Shown one piece after another: positions 32,001 through 45,466 of a DNA stretch of 56,111 nt; the first letter of the stretch is position 1, and every line of letters starts with the position of its first letter. Under the pieces are notes generated by a model. It searched no databases and had not been told where the DNA came from. It saw only the letters and a program-made list of their open reading frames with translations. Both the position numbers and the translations under genes were made by a program. The stretch comes from Azolla caroliniana (taxonomy: Eukaryota; Plantae; Polypodiophyta), in NCBI GenBank assembly GCA_043228905.1, contig JBHGNT010000192.1:1-56111 (forward strand), given 5' to 3'.

Positions 32001-34569
32001 ACCATATCTATGTGTGACTAGGTGAAATCATCAAGGTTCTAGACCAAGAGAAGGGTGGGGAAACAATAAAATAGTAGCTAAGAATTAAAAGTGGTGAGAG
32101 GATGACTATTTCATGATGGAAATGATAAACGAAGATATTTAGACATGATTGAAATACATGAGTTAAGAGTTTTTGCATAAACAACATTGTGTAGCACAAT
32201 GGTAATAGATTAGACTCTTTGAAAGCAGGGTTAAAGTTTCAAACCCTAGGAATGACATTGACACGGAATGTTTTGAAGATATAACATTTAGAAACAAAAT
32301 CATACCTTCACCTCAAAATGAGTTGTATAATATGGACACACACATGGTAATAAGTATGAGGATAAATTACCATTTGGAGTTCACTCTGCAACGTGTGTAT
32401 TCATCCCTATTTGGCACACATGGTTTAATTTCAACAGTTTATCGGATTGAAACTAATTTGAGTAATCATCCATTTATTACTAGTAGTAGTCGCTTAACTT
32501 ATAATAATAGAATGAGATTTAACACATGCATTTTTTTCTTCATTAGTTGCTTTTAAGATAGAAAAATGAAGACTTGATCGTTGTATTGTAAACCTGGCAC
32601 ATATGTTTTGCTTGTATATACTATAAAGTGACAAGAATGAGGAAAAGATCAAATTAGCTTTAATTTTTTTGATTTTCCAATTTATTAATCATTTACTTTT
32701 AAGGTTTAATTTGACAAGAATCGGGAGTGATTTTGTGCAGCGTAAGAGATGTGTGTGTGTGAGAGAGAGAGAGAGAGAACACAATGTATACAAAAAACAA
32801 GAAAATTGTATTAACAAGAAGCAAAAATGAACCAACAATACAAAGAGAAGGACAAGGACAAGGTGCTTATGTAGTCACCCTCTCTCTAAGTTCTCTCACT
32901 AGAACCGCTCCTTAGGAAAGAGGTGGAGTCTTTACTACTTATGAAATATGTGTCATAGGACTTTAAGTCCTATGACACACTAGTTACTATATACTAGGGG
33001 GTGGGGTGTTCACACGCTTGAGTATACTAAGGTGTGTTCCCACACTAGGGAAGTTGAGTTTGATTCTCAACACGTCCCCTCAAACACAATTTCCGATCGC
33101 CGGATAGTTGGTTCGGACTGGTCTAGTTTTCGGGTCGACTTTGAGTTGACTCCGGCTTCAGGTGTGGATGGTCGGACAGCTCCTTATCCTTACTCCCCCT
33201 CAAGCTCGGCTAGTTAGTGGTCAAAAGACCGAGGTTCGTCATGAACAACTACATGTCAGCTCCCTGGGCCTTTGTGAAGATGTTGTTGTTTGCAGTTTCA
33301 TACTGATGTGTTGCAAGTCCACATCTCCAACCATGACACACTCTTGGATGAAATGATAATGCACCTCAATGTGCTTGGTCCACGCGTGAAAGACTGGGTT
33401 CCAAGATAGATGAATACTACTCATGTTGTCGTAGTAAAGTAGAATTGGATCCATGATGGGAACACCCAGATCCTTCAAGATTCTTTCGGCCAAACGGCTT
33501 CACATGCAGCGATGGTCGTGCCCCTGTATTCGGCTTATGTGCTCAGCAATGCGAATGTCGAATGCTTCTTGTTGCTCCAAGATATGGCTATGTTGCCAAG
33601 GGAGAAGACAAAACCTAATGTGGATCGTCTGTCGGCTTTGTAGTCGGCCTAGCCGTCATAGGTGTACCCTTCGAATTGAATCAATGTGGCCAATTTGTAG
33701 ACGACACTGTAATCCATGGTTCCACTCACATAGTGTAACACTCGCTTAGCACAGTCCAGGTGAATGTTCCGTGGTGCCTGCATAAACTGGCTAAGGAGGT
33801 CGACCGGGTAACTGAGGTCAGGTCGAGTAATGGTGATGTAGATTAGGCTTCTGATTAATTGTCGATAAAAAGTCGGCTCACACTCTTATGTGCTAGAATC
33901 GGCAACTAGCTTTAGATTTGAATCGAGAGGGGTAGCAACAGGCTTACACTCTATCGTCCCAACCTTATAAAGAAGATTAAGAATATAGTGACGTTGGGAG
34001 GTCATGATGTCGTCTAGAGGCCGAATTACTTCTATTCCTAGAAAGTAATGGAGCTCCTTCATGTCTTTCATTTCGAATTGGCTGGAGAGAAGCTTTTTGA
34101 TATGGTCAATATCTGCAATGTGCTCTCCTCCAATGACCAACTCGTCAATGATGATGAATAGTTGTCATTTGGAGTCACTCCGGATGAACAAGGAATTGTT
34201 GGACTTGGAAATTTTAAAACTGATTTGCTAAAGATATTGGGTTATCTTTGAGTGCCAAGCTCTCAATGCCTGCTTGAGGCCGTAGAGAGGCTTTGTGAGT
34301 CAGCAGACACCAGTCGGATGCGTACTTTACTTGAATCTAGGTGGTTGTACCATGTACACCTCCTCTTCTAACTCGCCTTGGAGAAAGACGTTCTTCACGT
34401 CCATTTGGTGGAGGTGCCACCCTTTGGTTGCTGCAAGCTCGATCATGGTTCAAATGGTTGTCATCTCTGCCACCAAGGCAAAGGTCTCTTCATAATCAAC
34501 CCGTGTGTCTACACATAGTCTTTTGCCACAAGCTGGGCCTTATACCGATTGACGGTGCCATTGGCATTG

Positions 34570-34850
34570 TGTTGGCATAAAAGGTCAACTCCTTCCACTT
34601 TGTATCCTAGTGTGTGAACACCTCCAAATAGTTGTTAGGGCTTGGTATATAAGCAATAACCTAATGTTGTATATTGTGATCTTCTTGTATCTTGAGTCTC
34701 TGAGATAGAGAGAACAATGAATAACAAAAGCTTCCATTAGAGCTAAAATTATGTCTGCGTTTCCATCATTTCTTCTATCATATTCTCTGTGTTGTTGGCC
34801 GAACACATAACCTACAGGTCCTTACTTACTTCCATGCATTCATTCCAACA
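34570..34850. mobile_element. Solo LTR (281 bp) inserted in the copia B RT
   Basis: TGTTGG...CCAACA termini and TSD CATTG/CATTA. Removing it rejoins FKVKHN to ANGTVNRYKAQLVAK. Confidence 0.85.
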
Positions 34851-35693
34851 CATTATGCTTCACCTTGAATATCCATCAACATCCAATTGCCTTTTGATGG
34901 GGTGAAGAGGTGACCAAATCCCACGTCTCGTTTTTGGAGAATGCTTGCATCTCCTCATTCATCACTTTGACCCATTGCGGGTCCTTACTGGCATTGGAAA
35001 AAAAAATCAGCTCTAGAATTGTTGTCACCTTCATCATGAATGCATAATGATATGCCATGTAGTCGTTGTAGCCGAATCGGTTGACCGCATTCTTTTCTCG
35101 GGGGGAGCGACGTGGTTGTTCACTCGTCCTTGTAAACACATTCTTGGCTCCTAGTGTCCTCATGATAGGAACTTCCAATCCACCATACTCATTGTTGACT
35201 CTCGAGTGAGTGTGCCGATTCGTTTCCATCTGAGTCTTCGTACTCATGCATTTTGGCCTTTCCTTTGTCCGATTTCGGACTTGGCCGCGACGTGTTGTGG
35301 TCACTTGATGGCTCCTTTGGTCCACTTAATCTGGTTGAGATTGGACTTTTTTATGATGTGAGCCTCAATCGATCATTCTCCCCCGTATCTATGTCGAAAT
35401 CGGTTTCGATTGAGTTGGATGGAGCTTAGTCGACTGTGTACCAGGATGTTGATTCGTCGAATATGACATCCCTACTCACTCGTACCTTCTTGGTAGAGGG
35501 GTTGATGCACTTATGCCCCTTTTGTTCGAGTGGGTACTCCACGAGGATACACTTCTTTGATTTTGGACCGAGCTTTTGCCGTTTTTCATCAAGAATGTGT
35601 ACAAATGCGATATAGCTGAATGTCCAAACGTGGGATAAGTTCGGATTCTTCCCATAGAACTTCTCGTGGGGAATAATATCGTGCACTCCGGAT

Positions 35694-36287
35694 CATAGTA
35701 TGAACCATGTGTACCATTCGTGCATTCGTGTTTGAGAATGATTCAATCATTCGAGAAGGGTAAACACCCTCGAAGAATGATAAATACCATACGTTTGGAT
35801 AAATTTTTACTATAAGGTAAATATTTTTTCAAGGTAAAAAAAATATTTTAAATTGCAAAACAAAAACATTACCTTCTTAATAACATAAATTACAAAAATT
35901 ATAGAGAAATTACAAAAATTACAAAAATTACAAAACAATTATAGAAATTACAGAACAATTACAGAAATTACAACAAAATTACAGAAATTACGAAAAAATT
36001 ACAGAAAGTAATGGTCGGGAGAAGATGTGGTCACTGACTCACTATTGACTAGTGTGCACGATGCAAGCAGCAGATTGTTCAAGGAAAAGGGGGAAAAGGG
36101 GAGGAGAGCAGAGCAGAGCGTAGCGTTGATGTGCAGAGGAAAAGGGGGGAAAAGAGGCAAAAAACCAATAAAAAAAGGTAAAAAGGAAAAAAAAAAAAAT
36201 ACATGAATATTTGAATTCATTCGTGTTTGTTTTCCAACATAGGAAAACAAATGATATAGTAGACGAACACGAATTTTACGTACTATG
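35694..36287. mobile_element. Non-autonomous TIR element (CATAGTA family), copy 1, 594 bp
   Basis: CATAGTA...TACTATG termini. Perfect 8-bp TSD CTCCGGAT at 35686-35693 and 36288-36295. Internal AAATTAC(A/G)-type minisatellite. Confidence 0.9.
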
Positions 36288-38306
36288 CTCCGGATGTTGT
36301 GCACTGATTCATTAGATAGATGGTCGTGTTCACCGCTTCAGTCCAATACGATTTCAGCGGATGTTTCTCATTCATTATATCCCTTGCCATCTCGAGTATA
36401 TGACAGTTCTTTCATTCGGCTACTTCGTTGTATTGAGGTGTGTGTTGGTAAGTAAACTCCCACCAAATTCCTTCTTGTTGAAGGTATGTTGTGAAGGCGT
36501 CGGAGAAGCACTCTTTGTCGTCGTCTGATCGAAGGCACCGTACATGACGACCGGTTGCCTTTTCAACTTCATTTTTGAACTTCTAGAAGTGCGAGAACAC
36601 TTCACACTTCTGCCGCATAGGGAATATCCATGTGCGTCTGGAGGAGCCATCGATGAACATCACATAGTACTGGTAACCACCAAATGTTGCCATTTCGACT
36701 GCATTCCTTTAAGCTTATGGATATTGATATGGCTGATCCTTTTGTACCATAGCTCTACATGGCCTTTGGCAAATATTGTTGATTTCATCACGTGAGAATC
36801 GAGAATGAACATCTGACCTTCTCTTCGACCACGAGCAATAAATCAGCCTTCCTTTTCTATGAAGCATCCTCCGTCGTTGAACCGAACTTGCATGCCCTGT
36901 TCCACAATCTAGCCGATAGAGACCAGATTCTTTGTTATTGTCGGAACATGCAAGAACTTCTTGATGTAGGTATGGTTGCCCTCTTTGCCGAATGGGACAT
37001 TACCAACAAGCTTAATGGGGTGAATTGTGTCATCCCCAGTTTCCACATAGCGGAGTCATTTGGGCTTTCGTAGCTCTCGGAACCAATCTTTATGTGACGT
37101 AATGTGATTGGATGCACCCTAGTCGACAAACCATACATCTTCTGCATTGGAGGTGATGGTCGGGTTGGAGGCTGACATTGAGTTTGCTTTGTGCCTCATT
37201 ACAAACATTCCGCCACGATCGTCGTAGTCGGAGTTGGAGGTGTAGTTGGTGAGTTGTTGGCTTGTGAAGGCCGACTCACTCATCTTTTTGCGACATTCTA
37301 CCTTGTAGTGGCGAATTTTACCACAATATCTGCATTGGACAGAATTGTTTTGTTAGCTTGGTCCGGCATGATTGCTCCCCTTCTTCCAGATGCTCCTCCT
37401 TGTGAGTTTCTGACATCTTGCCGATAGAAGAAGTTGTGATCAATCTGCCTTTGGTTGTTTCGACCTCGGCCTGATTGGTCATTTCTTCCATGGCCTTGCC
37501 CTCTTCCTCCATATGAACTCGTGTCAAGCATTTGTCCGTCTGATTCGTTGCATCTTGTTCAGACACGATTTTCTTCGACTAATATCATCGATTGGAGATC
37601 AAAGGAGGGAGGATTCTCCCTCGTGAGGACGACTGACCTTATTGCATTGAACCGAGGTTCTAGGCCACCGAGGCATATCTACACCATTTCATCATCGTCA
37701 ATGTTGACATTGATCGTCCCGAGGGGATCGCACAACTCCTTGATCTTCAAGGTGTAACTGCCAATTGACATATCACTCAGTTGTATGTTGTTCAACTCTT
37801 GGCAGAGTTGAAGCTTTCGTGCGGCTGTGTTAGCCGCGAATATCTTTTTGAGCTTCCCCCATGCCTCTTTTGGCGTTTTGGCCTCTCGAATGTAGCCAAG
37901 CATGTGATCATGAACGCATGATGCAAGGCAATACAACACGTGACTCGCCAGTTGCTCCCAAGTTGGGTGGTCGACATGTGTTGGGTTGGGTTGATTTTCT
38001 TGTGCTCCCTCGACATAGCTCACATAGCCTTGACCAACAAGGTATTGGTGCATCTTGTACTCCCAAGATGCGAAGTTGTTGTTGTCAAGTTTCTCAGTAG
38101 GAAGAGCGCCTCCCATCTGAGTATTCATGTTGAACTTCTTCTTCTTCTTCTCTATGATGCGAACTATGCATGTTGCTACTATAGTGATCAGTCAGTTCTT
38201 CGTGAACGTGGGCTTAGGCACAACACACGTAGATGGACTTGGATCAAGCTACCAAGCGCTCTGATACCATGTAAAGAATCAGGAGTGATTATGTGTAACA
38301 GAAAAG

Positions 38307-38375
<69 letters not shown>

Positions 38376-39426
38376 AACACAATATATATAGAAAACAAGA
38401 AAACTATATTAACAAGAAGCAACCAACAATTACAAAGAGAAGGAGACGGTGCTTATGTAGTCACCTTCTCTCTAAGTTCTCTCACTAGAACCACCTCTTG
38501 GGAAAGAGGTGGAGTATTAATTACTTATGAAATATGTGCCATAGGACTTTAGGTCCTATGACACACTAGTTACTATATGTATACTAGGAGGTGGGGTGTT
38601 CACACTAGGGAAGTTGAGTTTGATTCTCAACAAAAAAAAGCTTATACATGTTCGCATTGGGGTGGATGCCCATGGAGCTGCTACAAAAGTTCTAACAATC
38701 TGTTGGCCCAACAACAACGTGATCCTATTACGTGTACATTCCTTGCTTGTTTGCTAAGGAAAGGTGTGCCCCATACACTCAATAGTTCCAACAACTTCTC
38801 TATGTAGCCCTGGTTATCTAGCCGTCAATGATTCCATTGATGGGTTTCCCTATTGGGGATATGTGTGTGTGCGTGTTTTGTCTCAAGGAGACTTAACATA
38901 CCTTCAACCCAACTTTGCTTGTATCAGGCCCGAGAAGGTAGCTATTGACAACATACTTAGGCTGGCCATAACAACATTCATTGGATTTAGGGCAAAGGTT
39001 CAACACACAAGAATTCCATCATGCCCATTCCCTCTCTAGTTAGTAGGCTTGTTTTTTGCAGGGGTTTTAAAACGGTTTCCTTCACGGAGAGGAGAAATGG
39101 CCATTTGGGCGATCTGGTGGTTTTCAATGATGAGCTATACATGGGAGCTCTGTTTCTGATGGTTTCGGGCTAGGGCTAGAGTTAGGGTTAGGGTTAGAAT
39201 TTGGAGTAGGGGTTTTGAAAAGAGTATTTTGAGGGGGAATGTTCAGTTGGGTTGCTCAGAAAGATCTGTTTTTTGGTGAATTAGGTTTAGTATTAGAGTT
39301 ATGGTTTTTTGGAAGTGTATTTGGAGGGGAAATGTTCATTTTGGTTTATCAGAAAGATCCTCTCTTCTGATGAATTTGGGTTAAAGTGAGGGTCTGGGGT
39401 TTATTTTCCCAAGTACTTTTCATCTG

Positions 39427-41202
39427 ATGAAGCAGAGTTTTAAACATGGTCTTTCTCATTGGAAGGAGATCGAAGAGATTGTGGATGTACTTCGGAGAGG
39501 CTTCCATGGACCACAACATCTTGCAGATATATTAGCTCCTTTTTCTGCATCTATCCGACCTTCTTTGGTATGTCATGTACTTAAACGGATGAATAATCCA
39601 TTATCTGCTACTGGTTTCTTTGGATGGGCTGGACAACAAAGAAACTATAGGCATAATGCTCAATCATATGCTGCCCTTATCGATATCCTCTCTAAATCTA
39701 AAGATATCAGAGGTATCTCGCATTACCTTGAGGACATGAGGAATGCTGGATTGTCTGGAGACGCTAGATTCTATAACAAATTGATAAGAATCTATGGTTG
39801 CTTGGATATGCTTATCGAAGCTGAAAGAATATTCGAACACATGAGGACTTTAGAGAGGGAGCCATCTCTTCATGCTTATACTATCCTTATACATGGGCTT
39901 GTGAAGGCTAAGTATATAAACCGAGCTGAAGAGGTGTTCCATGATATGTTAAGTATGGGACATTCCCCCGATCAAATCATGTATAGTGTTCTTATGAATG
40001 GATATACTAAAGTAGGAAGGCTTGAAGATGCACTGAATGTCCTTCGTAGCATGGTTAGTGCAGGTTTTTTCCCAGACAAAGTGTCTTATACAACCATTAT
40101 CTCAGGTTTTTGTGATGTTGGTAAGATCGAAGAAGCTGAAAAGCTTATTCGAGAAGCCGTGGATAGTAGAATTGAGCTTGATGCTGCCCTGTACAATGCC
40201 CTTTTGAGTGGTTTATGTAGGGCTTCAAGGTTTGAAAATGCTGTTGAAGTCATGAAAGCAATGGAATCGAATAACTGTAAACCAAATGCCATCACTTTTA
40301 ACACATTGATAGATGGGTTTTGCAAGGCTGGAAAGATAGATGATGCAACCTCAATGATAACTCAAATGGAAAAAGCAGGTTGTTCACCTACTATTGTGTC
40401 TTTCTCCATATTGGTGAACTATTACTGCAAACAAGGTCGAATTAATGAATGTTCAAGTATTTTGGAACAAATGAATTCTACTGGACTAGTTCCAGATGCA
40501 TGTATTTATAACACCTTGCTTTCAGCCCTTTGTAAGGCACGTCAGGCGGATGCTGCAACCCGATTGTTTGAGAAGCAAGTGGGGGATACATTTATACATT
40601 CAGATGCTATCATCGAGAATCTTTGCAAAGGAGTAATAAAGGGTGAAGAAGCTGAGACTGTCGTGGAAAGGATTGAGAAGGTATGCAAGACAAGTATCGT
40701 GACCTATGGCACTCTAATAAACTGGCTATGTAAAGCCGGGAAGCTGGACGAGGCAATTGAGCTCTCGAAGACAGTTGATAAGAAAGGTTTCACGTGGAAT
40801 GTTGTGATATACAACACATTGATTTCGAGTCTTAGCAAAGCACTAAGAATCGAAGAAGCAAAAAAATTGCTAGCGATAATGTGGGAGAGGGGATGCAGTC
40901 ATAGTGTCAAATCATTTACTTCATATATTGGTGCTCTTTGTGCGTCTGGGAAAGTTGTTGAGGCTTTTCAAATATTAGATTTGATGGTAACAAGACACTG
41001 TGTGCCAGATGATGTTACATATCTAGTCATTTCTCAATCACTTACCAAAGCAAATCTTCAACATGCTGCTTTCAAGATTCTGTCTGAAAAGGCGATTCAA
41101 CCAACAAGTGTGATGCATGAAATATATGAAAAGCTATCAGATGCTCTTAAAGCTAGCAATACAACAGAGAAAGAGACAGAGGCAAAGAAACCTGAAGTTT
41201 GA
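39427..41202 (+). CDS. P-class pentatricopeptide repeat protein, 591 aa, single exon
   Basis: A...FF.WA..Q..Y.HN..SY.ALI N-terminal signature and tandem 35-aa repeats such as PNAITFNTLIDGFCKAGKIDDA. No E or DYW domain seen. Confidence 0.93.
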   Translation: MKQSFKHGLSHWKEIEEIVDVLRRGFHGPQHLADILAPFSASIRPSLVCHVLKRMNNPLSATGFFGWAGQQRNYRHNAQSYAALIDILSKSKDIRGISHYLEDMRNAGLSGDARFYNKLIRIYGCLDMLIEAERIFEHMRTLEREPSLHAYTILIHGLVKAKYINRAEEVFHDMLSMGHSPDQIMYSVLMNGYTKVGRLEDALNVLRSMVSAGFFPDKVSYTTIISGFCDVGKIEEAEKLIREAVDSRIELDAALYNALLSGLCRASRFENAVEVMKAMESNNCKPNAITFNTLIDGFCKAGKIDDATSMITQMEKAGCSPTIVSFSILVNYYCKQGRINECSSILEQMNSTGLVPDACIYNTLLSALCKARQADAATRLFEKQVGDTFIHSDAIIENLCKGVIKGEEAETVVERIEKVCKTSIVTYGTLINWLCKAGKLDEAIELSKTVDKKGFTWNVVIYNTLISSLSKALRIEEAKKLLAIMWERGCSHSVKSFTSYIGALCASGKVVEAFQILDLMVTRHCVPDDVTYLVISQSLTKANLQHAAFKILSEKAIQPTSVMHEIYEKLSDALKASNTTEKETEAKKPEV

Positions 41203-43114
41203 AATTTTGTACCTAGATTATAAGCCCTCATATATTGAAAGATCTGTAAACCAGTTTTTCGATTCATGTACATTTACTATACCATCGATTTCCTTAAAAG
41301 GTTTTCTGCAATATTTATCGTCGTGTTAAGCACTTGTTTATCATGGCACAATTTTAAGAATCAATCAAACATTTGGTTGTCTTCAGGTGAAATTTGTATA
41401 TCATACATTATAAACTTTTGGGGTTCAAGAAAGTTGTATGACAAACCTTTTTTCAGTTTCATCTCCCAATTATTAAGTTTTGTTATCAGATCCAATAAAA
41501 AGATTCAATTTCTTTTGTGTGTAACCCATTCTGAATTTCTAAGTAAACTTTAAAAAGACAACAAACTGAAAGTAAACAAAGACAATCACAAAAGTATGTA
41601 GTTTGAATGCCATTGGTTTCAATTCTAGTCCTTGTATTACAATTTACAGTATGAGTTTGTGAACCATTTTGAATGCAAAATTTCACATAGATTTGCAATG
41701 GTGTATTTAGATTTGAAAAAGGCATGGAAACGTTGGGTTTGTTTGAACTTGCTGAAAACTAGAGTATTGACAATGTCATCATGGGCACTGTACCGTGTCT
41801 AGAATCAATCTAGACACTAAACTTTGTCCTGGGAATATGACATTAACTTTTTAGTCTAGTTAAAAATGAATGTCAATGTATGAAGGTAGCATTCTACCAT
41901 AATTATAAGTTGGTTTGGCCATGAGTAGATTGATACTCTAAAGTGTCAATGGAACGCTTCTTAGATGCTATTACTTGGCATTTCAAAAGTACAGAACCTG
42001 TGAGGATCATTCTTGTTGGCTGAATATTAATATAATGGATTATTCTTACTAAAATCACGTCACGTTATTCAGTTTTCAATCTACACAAAAAATAATACAA
42101 TAAGATTACAACACATGCAGAGGATCACTCACTGTATACTTTGAGATTGCAAAATATTTGAGAGAGGAGATATTACCATACAAATAAGCGTCATGACAAT
42201 AAGCTTACATCCAGGTAATATTGAAAGAGATAGATTGGGTGCTCTAGAGTTCTTTTTCAATGGTAGTCAGCAAGCATATGAAACATAGGATGAGATGCTT
42301 ATACCCCAAACCCCTTTTTTAGCGCACAAAAACTATAGAGTACGCCATGGTTTTTAACCACACACTCAATGAGAAGGTTAGTTGTCCTCATTTTTCTACT
42401 ACCCTTAGTTTTTTTTTTCTTGGTTGAAGTGACATCACATCATGAAACACGTAATTTATTATGAAAGTGATCAATTATTGCAGTAGGATTTTGATTCAAT
42501 CACATTAATATTGAATGCATTCACATTATCTCAAAGAAATTGCATTTGTTGAGAAGCAAGCAAGTAATTTCAAGAAAATGACAAGTGCTCGAATGTTCGA
42601 ACATAGTACTCAGAAAGATGTTTAAATTTCAATTAGCTTGGATATATCATTATCCTTGGAATTCATATGTTTTCTGTCAACAAACACTACATTCATGTTT
42701 CCAAGATCGCATGTTTTTCAGAAGATAGTAGCAAAATTGAAGAAGCAAGGATTAGTGAAACTCGCATATTATAACTTTAGGTACAACATATAGTTAGTTT
42801 CCTAGTATTATGTGTACATAAGTTAATTATAAACCCCAATTATTTATCTTCGTTACATATACGTCGAGAAAAATGCTTAAAATCCATTCTACTTGATGCT
42901 GGAAACATAAAAACTACTCAAGCCTTTCAAACATTCAAGGACATGATTTGTGAACAAAATGGATGCAATCAAGAAAATATCATCATATATAACAAGATAA
43001 CATGGAATTTTGTAATCCCACATATAATACAACAATGCAGTGGCATGCTTTCCTTTTAATCACAACAAAAAATAAGTTTTCTCGTAGAAGGTTCACCAGA
43101 AAGGTAGTTGACCA

Positions 43115-45466
43115 TCACTTGCGCTCATTGATGACCTAGTATTGATCAAAATCAATTAGTTAGTCAACTAAGTTATACATAAACCAAGTAATCTTAATTG
43201 ATAGTTGCTATTTTCGGCTCACCTTCACAGTCAAAAGAACAAGTTGGCTCACTGGCATCATCTGTGGATTAATAACTACTTTTTCAGACACCAAACTGCT
43301 GGGTGCACCTTTACGTCGATCAAAATCGATGACGCTCTACAACAAGATTCCAAATTTATAAACAAAACATCTACTTCAAAATGCAATGTCCCCTCACATA
43401 TGTCACACGATTTAGACCCACCTACACATATGTGGCATGATATATATCCACCTACGGATTGCAAAATAAGCCACATCTACATGTGATATGAAATAGGTCA
43501 TACCTACACAAGTGAGATGACATATCTACTACACGTGCGGACTACTAACTACTTTGTGGCTTATTTAGCTACATGACCTATTGTACCAATTAACCTTTGG
43601 CCATGGTCCAAACCATAGCTATTATTCATATTGTAGCTAAGTTCCATGATCTATGGATCTATACCTATGGTCAAAATCAACTCCATTAATGTTATAATGG
43701 TTATACATATAAGAGTGAGTTTTCCACTACAAACACCTTTTTGCCTTTGTAGTGATTTTTTTTTTTCAGCACCATATTTTACTCTTGGCCAATTTTGTAC
43801 ATGTTAAGAATTCTTTTGTGGATTTTTGTACATGTTAAGAATTCTTTTGTGGATTCTCTCTAACCTACCTTATATTGAGATTTCCCATGAAGCAATATAA
43901 ATGTTTTATTTGAAAAATAAAAGAGAAGAAATGGTATTACCGGTTCATCCCCTTTGTTTTGCCGATCAAGTGTATGCTAAATAATATGTCAAATGACAAA
44001 ACAAAACAAGCAAGTATTGCATAAGTAAAATCGACAGGCTATCATTGCAAAGGTCGCCAAAACAAGCATATCTTCTAGTATTAATTAATATATATCAGTA
44101 ACGCACACGAATTGTACTGTAGAGCTGTGCATCTGAAGTTATAGCCGAATCCAATGCATCATAGTCATTGGCATTTAGCATGTGTAGAGTTACATAAACC
44201 TGAATCAAATCAAATCTACTTTCATCATCTTTGGAAAAACAAATTTTTAAAATGTAGTTGAGATATATGCATATATATACAGTCTCAAGCCATTTAGAAC
44301 GATAATGCATGTCCATGGATGTCAATCGGCATCCGACTGTGCCTATCTCAAATTCATTCATCCGCACTGATCCAAACTAAGCATAAAAAACGACATTAAA
44401 ATATTATTCCAGCCAAATAATTCATTGTACAATTGTGTGTCAGATTGTGACAACTCTTTTTCTTTTCTGTACAGAAAACATTACCGCAATTTCTAACAAC
44501 AGTTGTTCACGTGTGTAGCCATGTGTAAAAGCCTCCACTATTGTAGAGACGAAACCATGCAAAGCCACCCCTAAGGGCCTCCCAAGATTCCGAATACAAA
44601 CCTAAAATGTCTTCTGGAGTATTAACAGAGATTCATTTTTGGGTCAATGAAACTGTTTAACTGAGAAGCTCTTGTTTAACAATAAAGAGTTTTTGAGTTT
44701 ATCTTTAGAAGACCAAAATTTCAGCAATAAGACAAACTAAACAAAACCAGTTATTTAAGATTACCAATCACAATACTTCCTTGAAAAAACGAAAGCAAAA
44801 CACAATAAAAAAGAAAGAAACAACCTTGGACAATGGAAAAGAATAAATAAATAAAGCAAATTACAACTGCGCCTCCTTTAGTCGCTGTATGGTGACTCCT
44901 CTGCATGTTGCAAATGGAGGTGTGGACATATGGAAGAAGTCAGTAATGTGTACTTGCAGTTGCATCCCATGTCCTAAGAGTTGATTCCCTATGCTTTTGA
45001 AGCTCGACCAAACTTTGGACATACAATTGAAAAAACAAAGAGAGAGAAAAAACAGCCATATAATTGCAAAAAAAAATGAGAAATTTCAGTAACAATAGAC
45101 CTGAAATGACCCAGAAAAAATTAGCAATAAATGCAGTTGAAAATAGAGAAAAACGAAAATAACAACATATAAATGAAATGAGGGAAGATTTAACAAGAAG
45201 ATAACGGAAAAGAGGGGAAATCTAACAAAAGTATAATCGGAAAGAGAATAAAAAAAAACAATTGGAGAGAGAGAAATAGAGAAACGACAACAAGAAGAAG
45301 GGAACCGATAATATTTTCAGAGAGGACAAGAAGCATACCTCAAAGAAACAGAGTTCCAATGTATTGCAAATGTGGGTAAGTCCAGGCCTGTCTTCGGGGG
45401 AGGGGGTGTGAAAAGACCCCCTAGGTGTGGTAAAAACAGAAGAAGAAGAAACAAATCCATAGCCAT
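43115..45466 (-). CDS. Multi-exon uncharacterised protein. Supported exons 44865-44900, 44485-44601, 44281-44376, 44107-44199, 43941-43976, 43223-43336, 43115-43135; 5' exons uncertain
   Basis: Seven consecutive phase-0 exons with GT-AG introns splice into an open frame (LHGFVSTIVEAFTHGYTREQLLLEIA...RSKWLETVYVTL...QLVLLTVKVINERK*). Confidence 0.7.

Larger units (their letters stand above)
32712..38632 (-). mobile_element. Degenerate Ty1/copia, family B, with two nested insertions
   Basis: LTRs 32712-33072 and 38270-38632; PBS 38258-38269; PPT 33073-33082. gag NNFASWEYKM, KNETWDLV, YFLGIEV and TKHIEVHYHF occur in gag-PR-IN-RT-RH order. Confidence 0.92.

Noticed and set aside
39171-39197. TTAGGG-like repeats upstream of the PPR gene (also 3437-3450)
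   Set aside because: Only 2-3 imperfect units. At most telobox-like; not an interstitial telomere.
43390-43855. Short ~30-bp tandem duplications in an intron (similar ones at 39190-39385 and 46130-46222)
   Set aside because: Ordinary local slippage duplications with no further structure.
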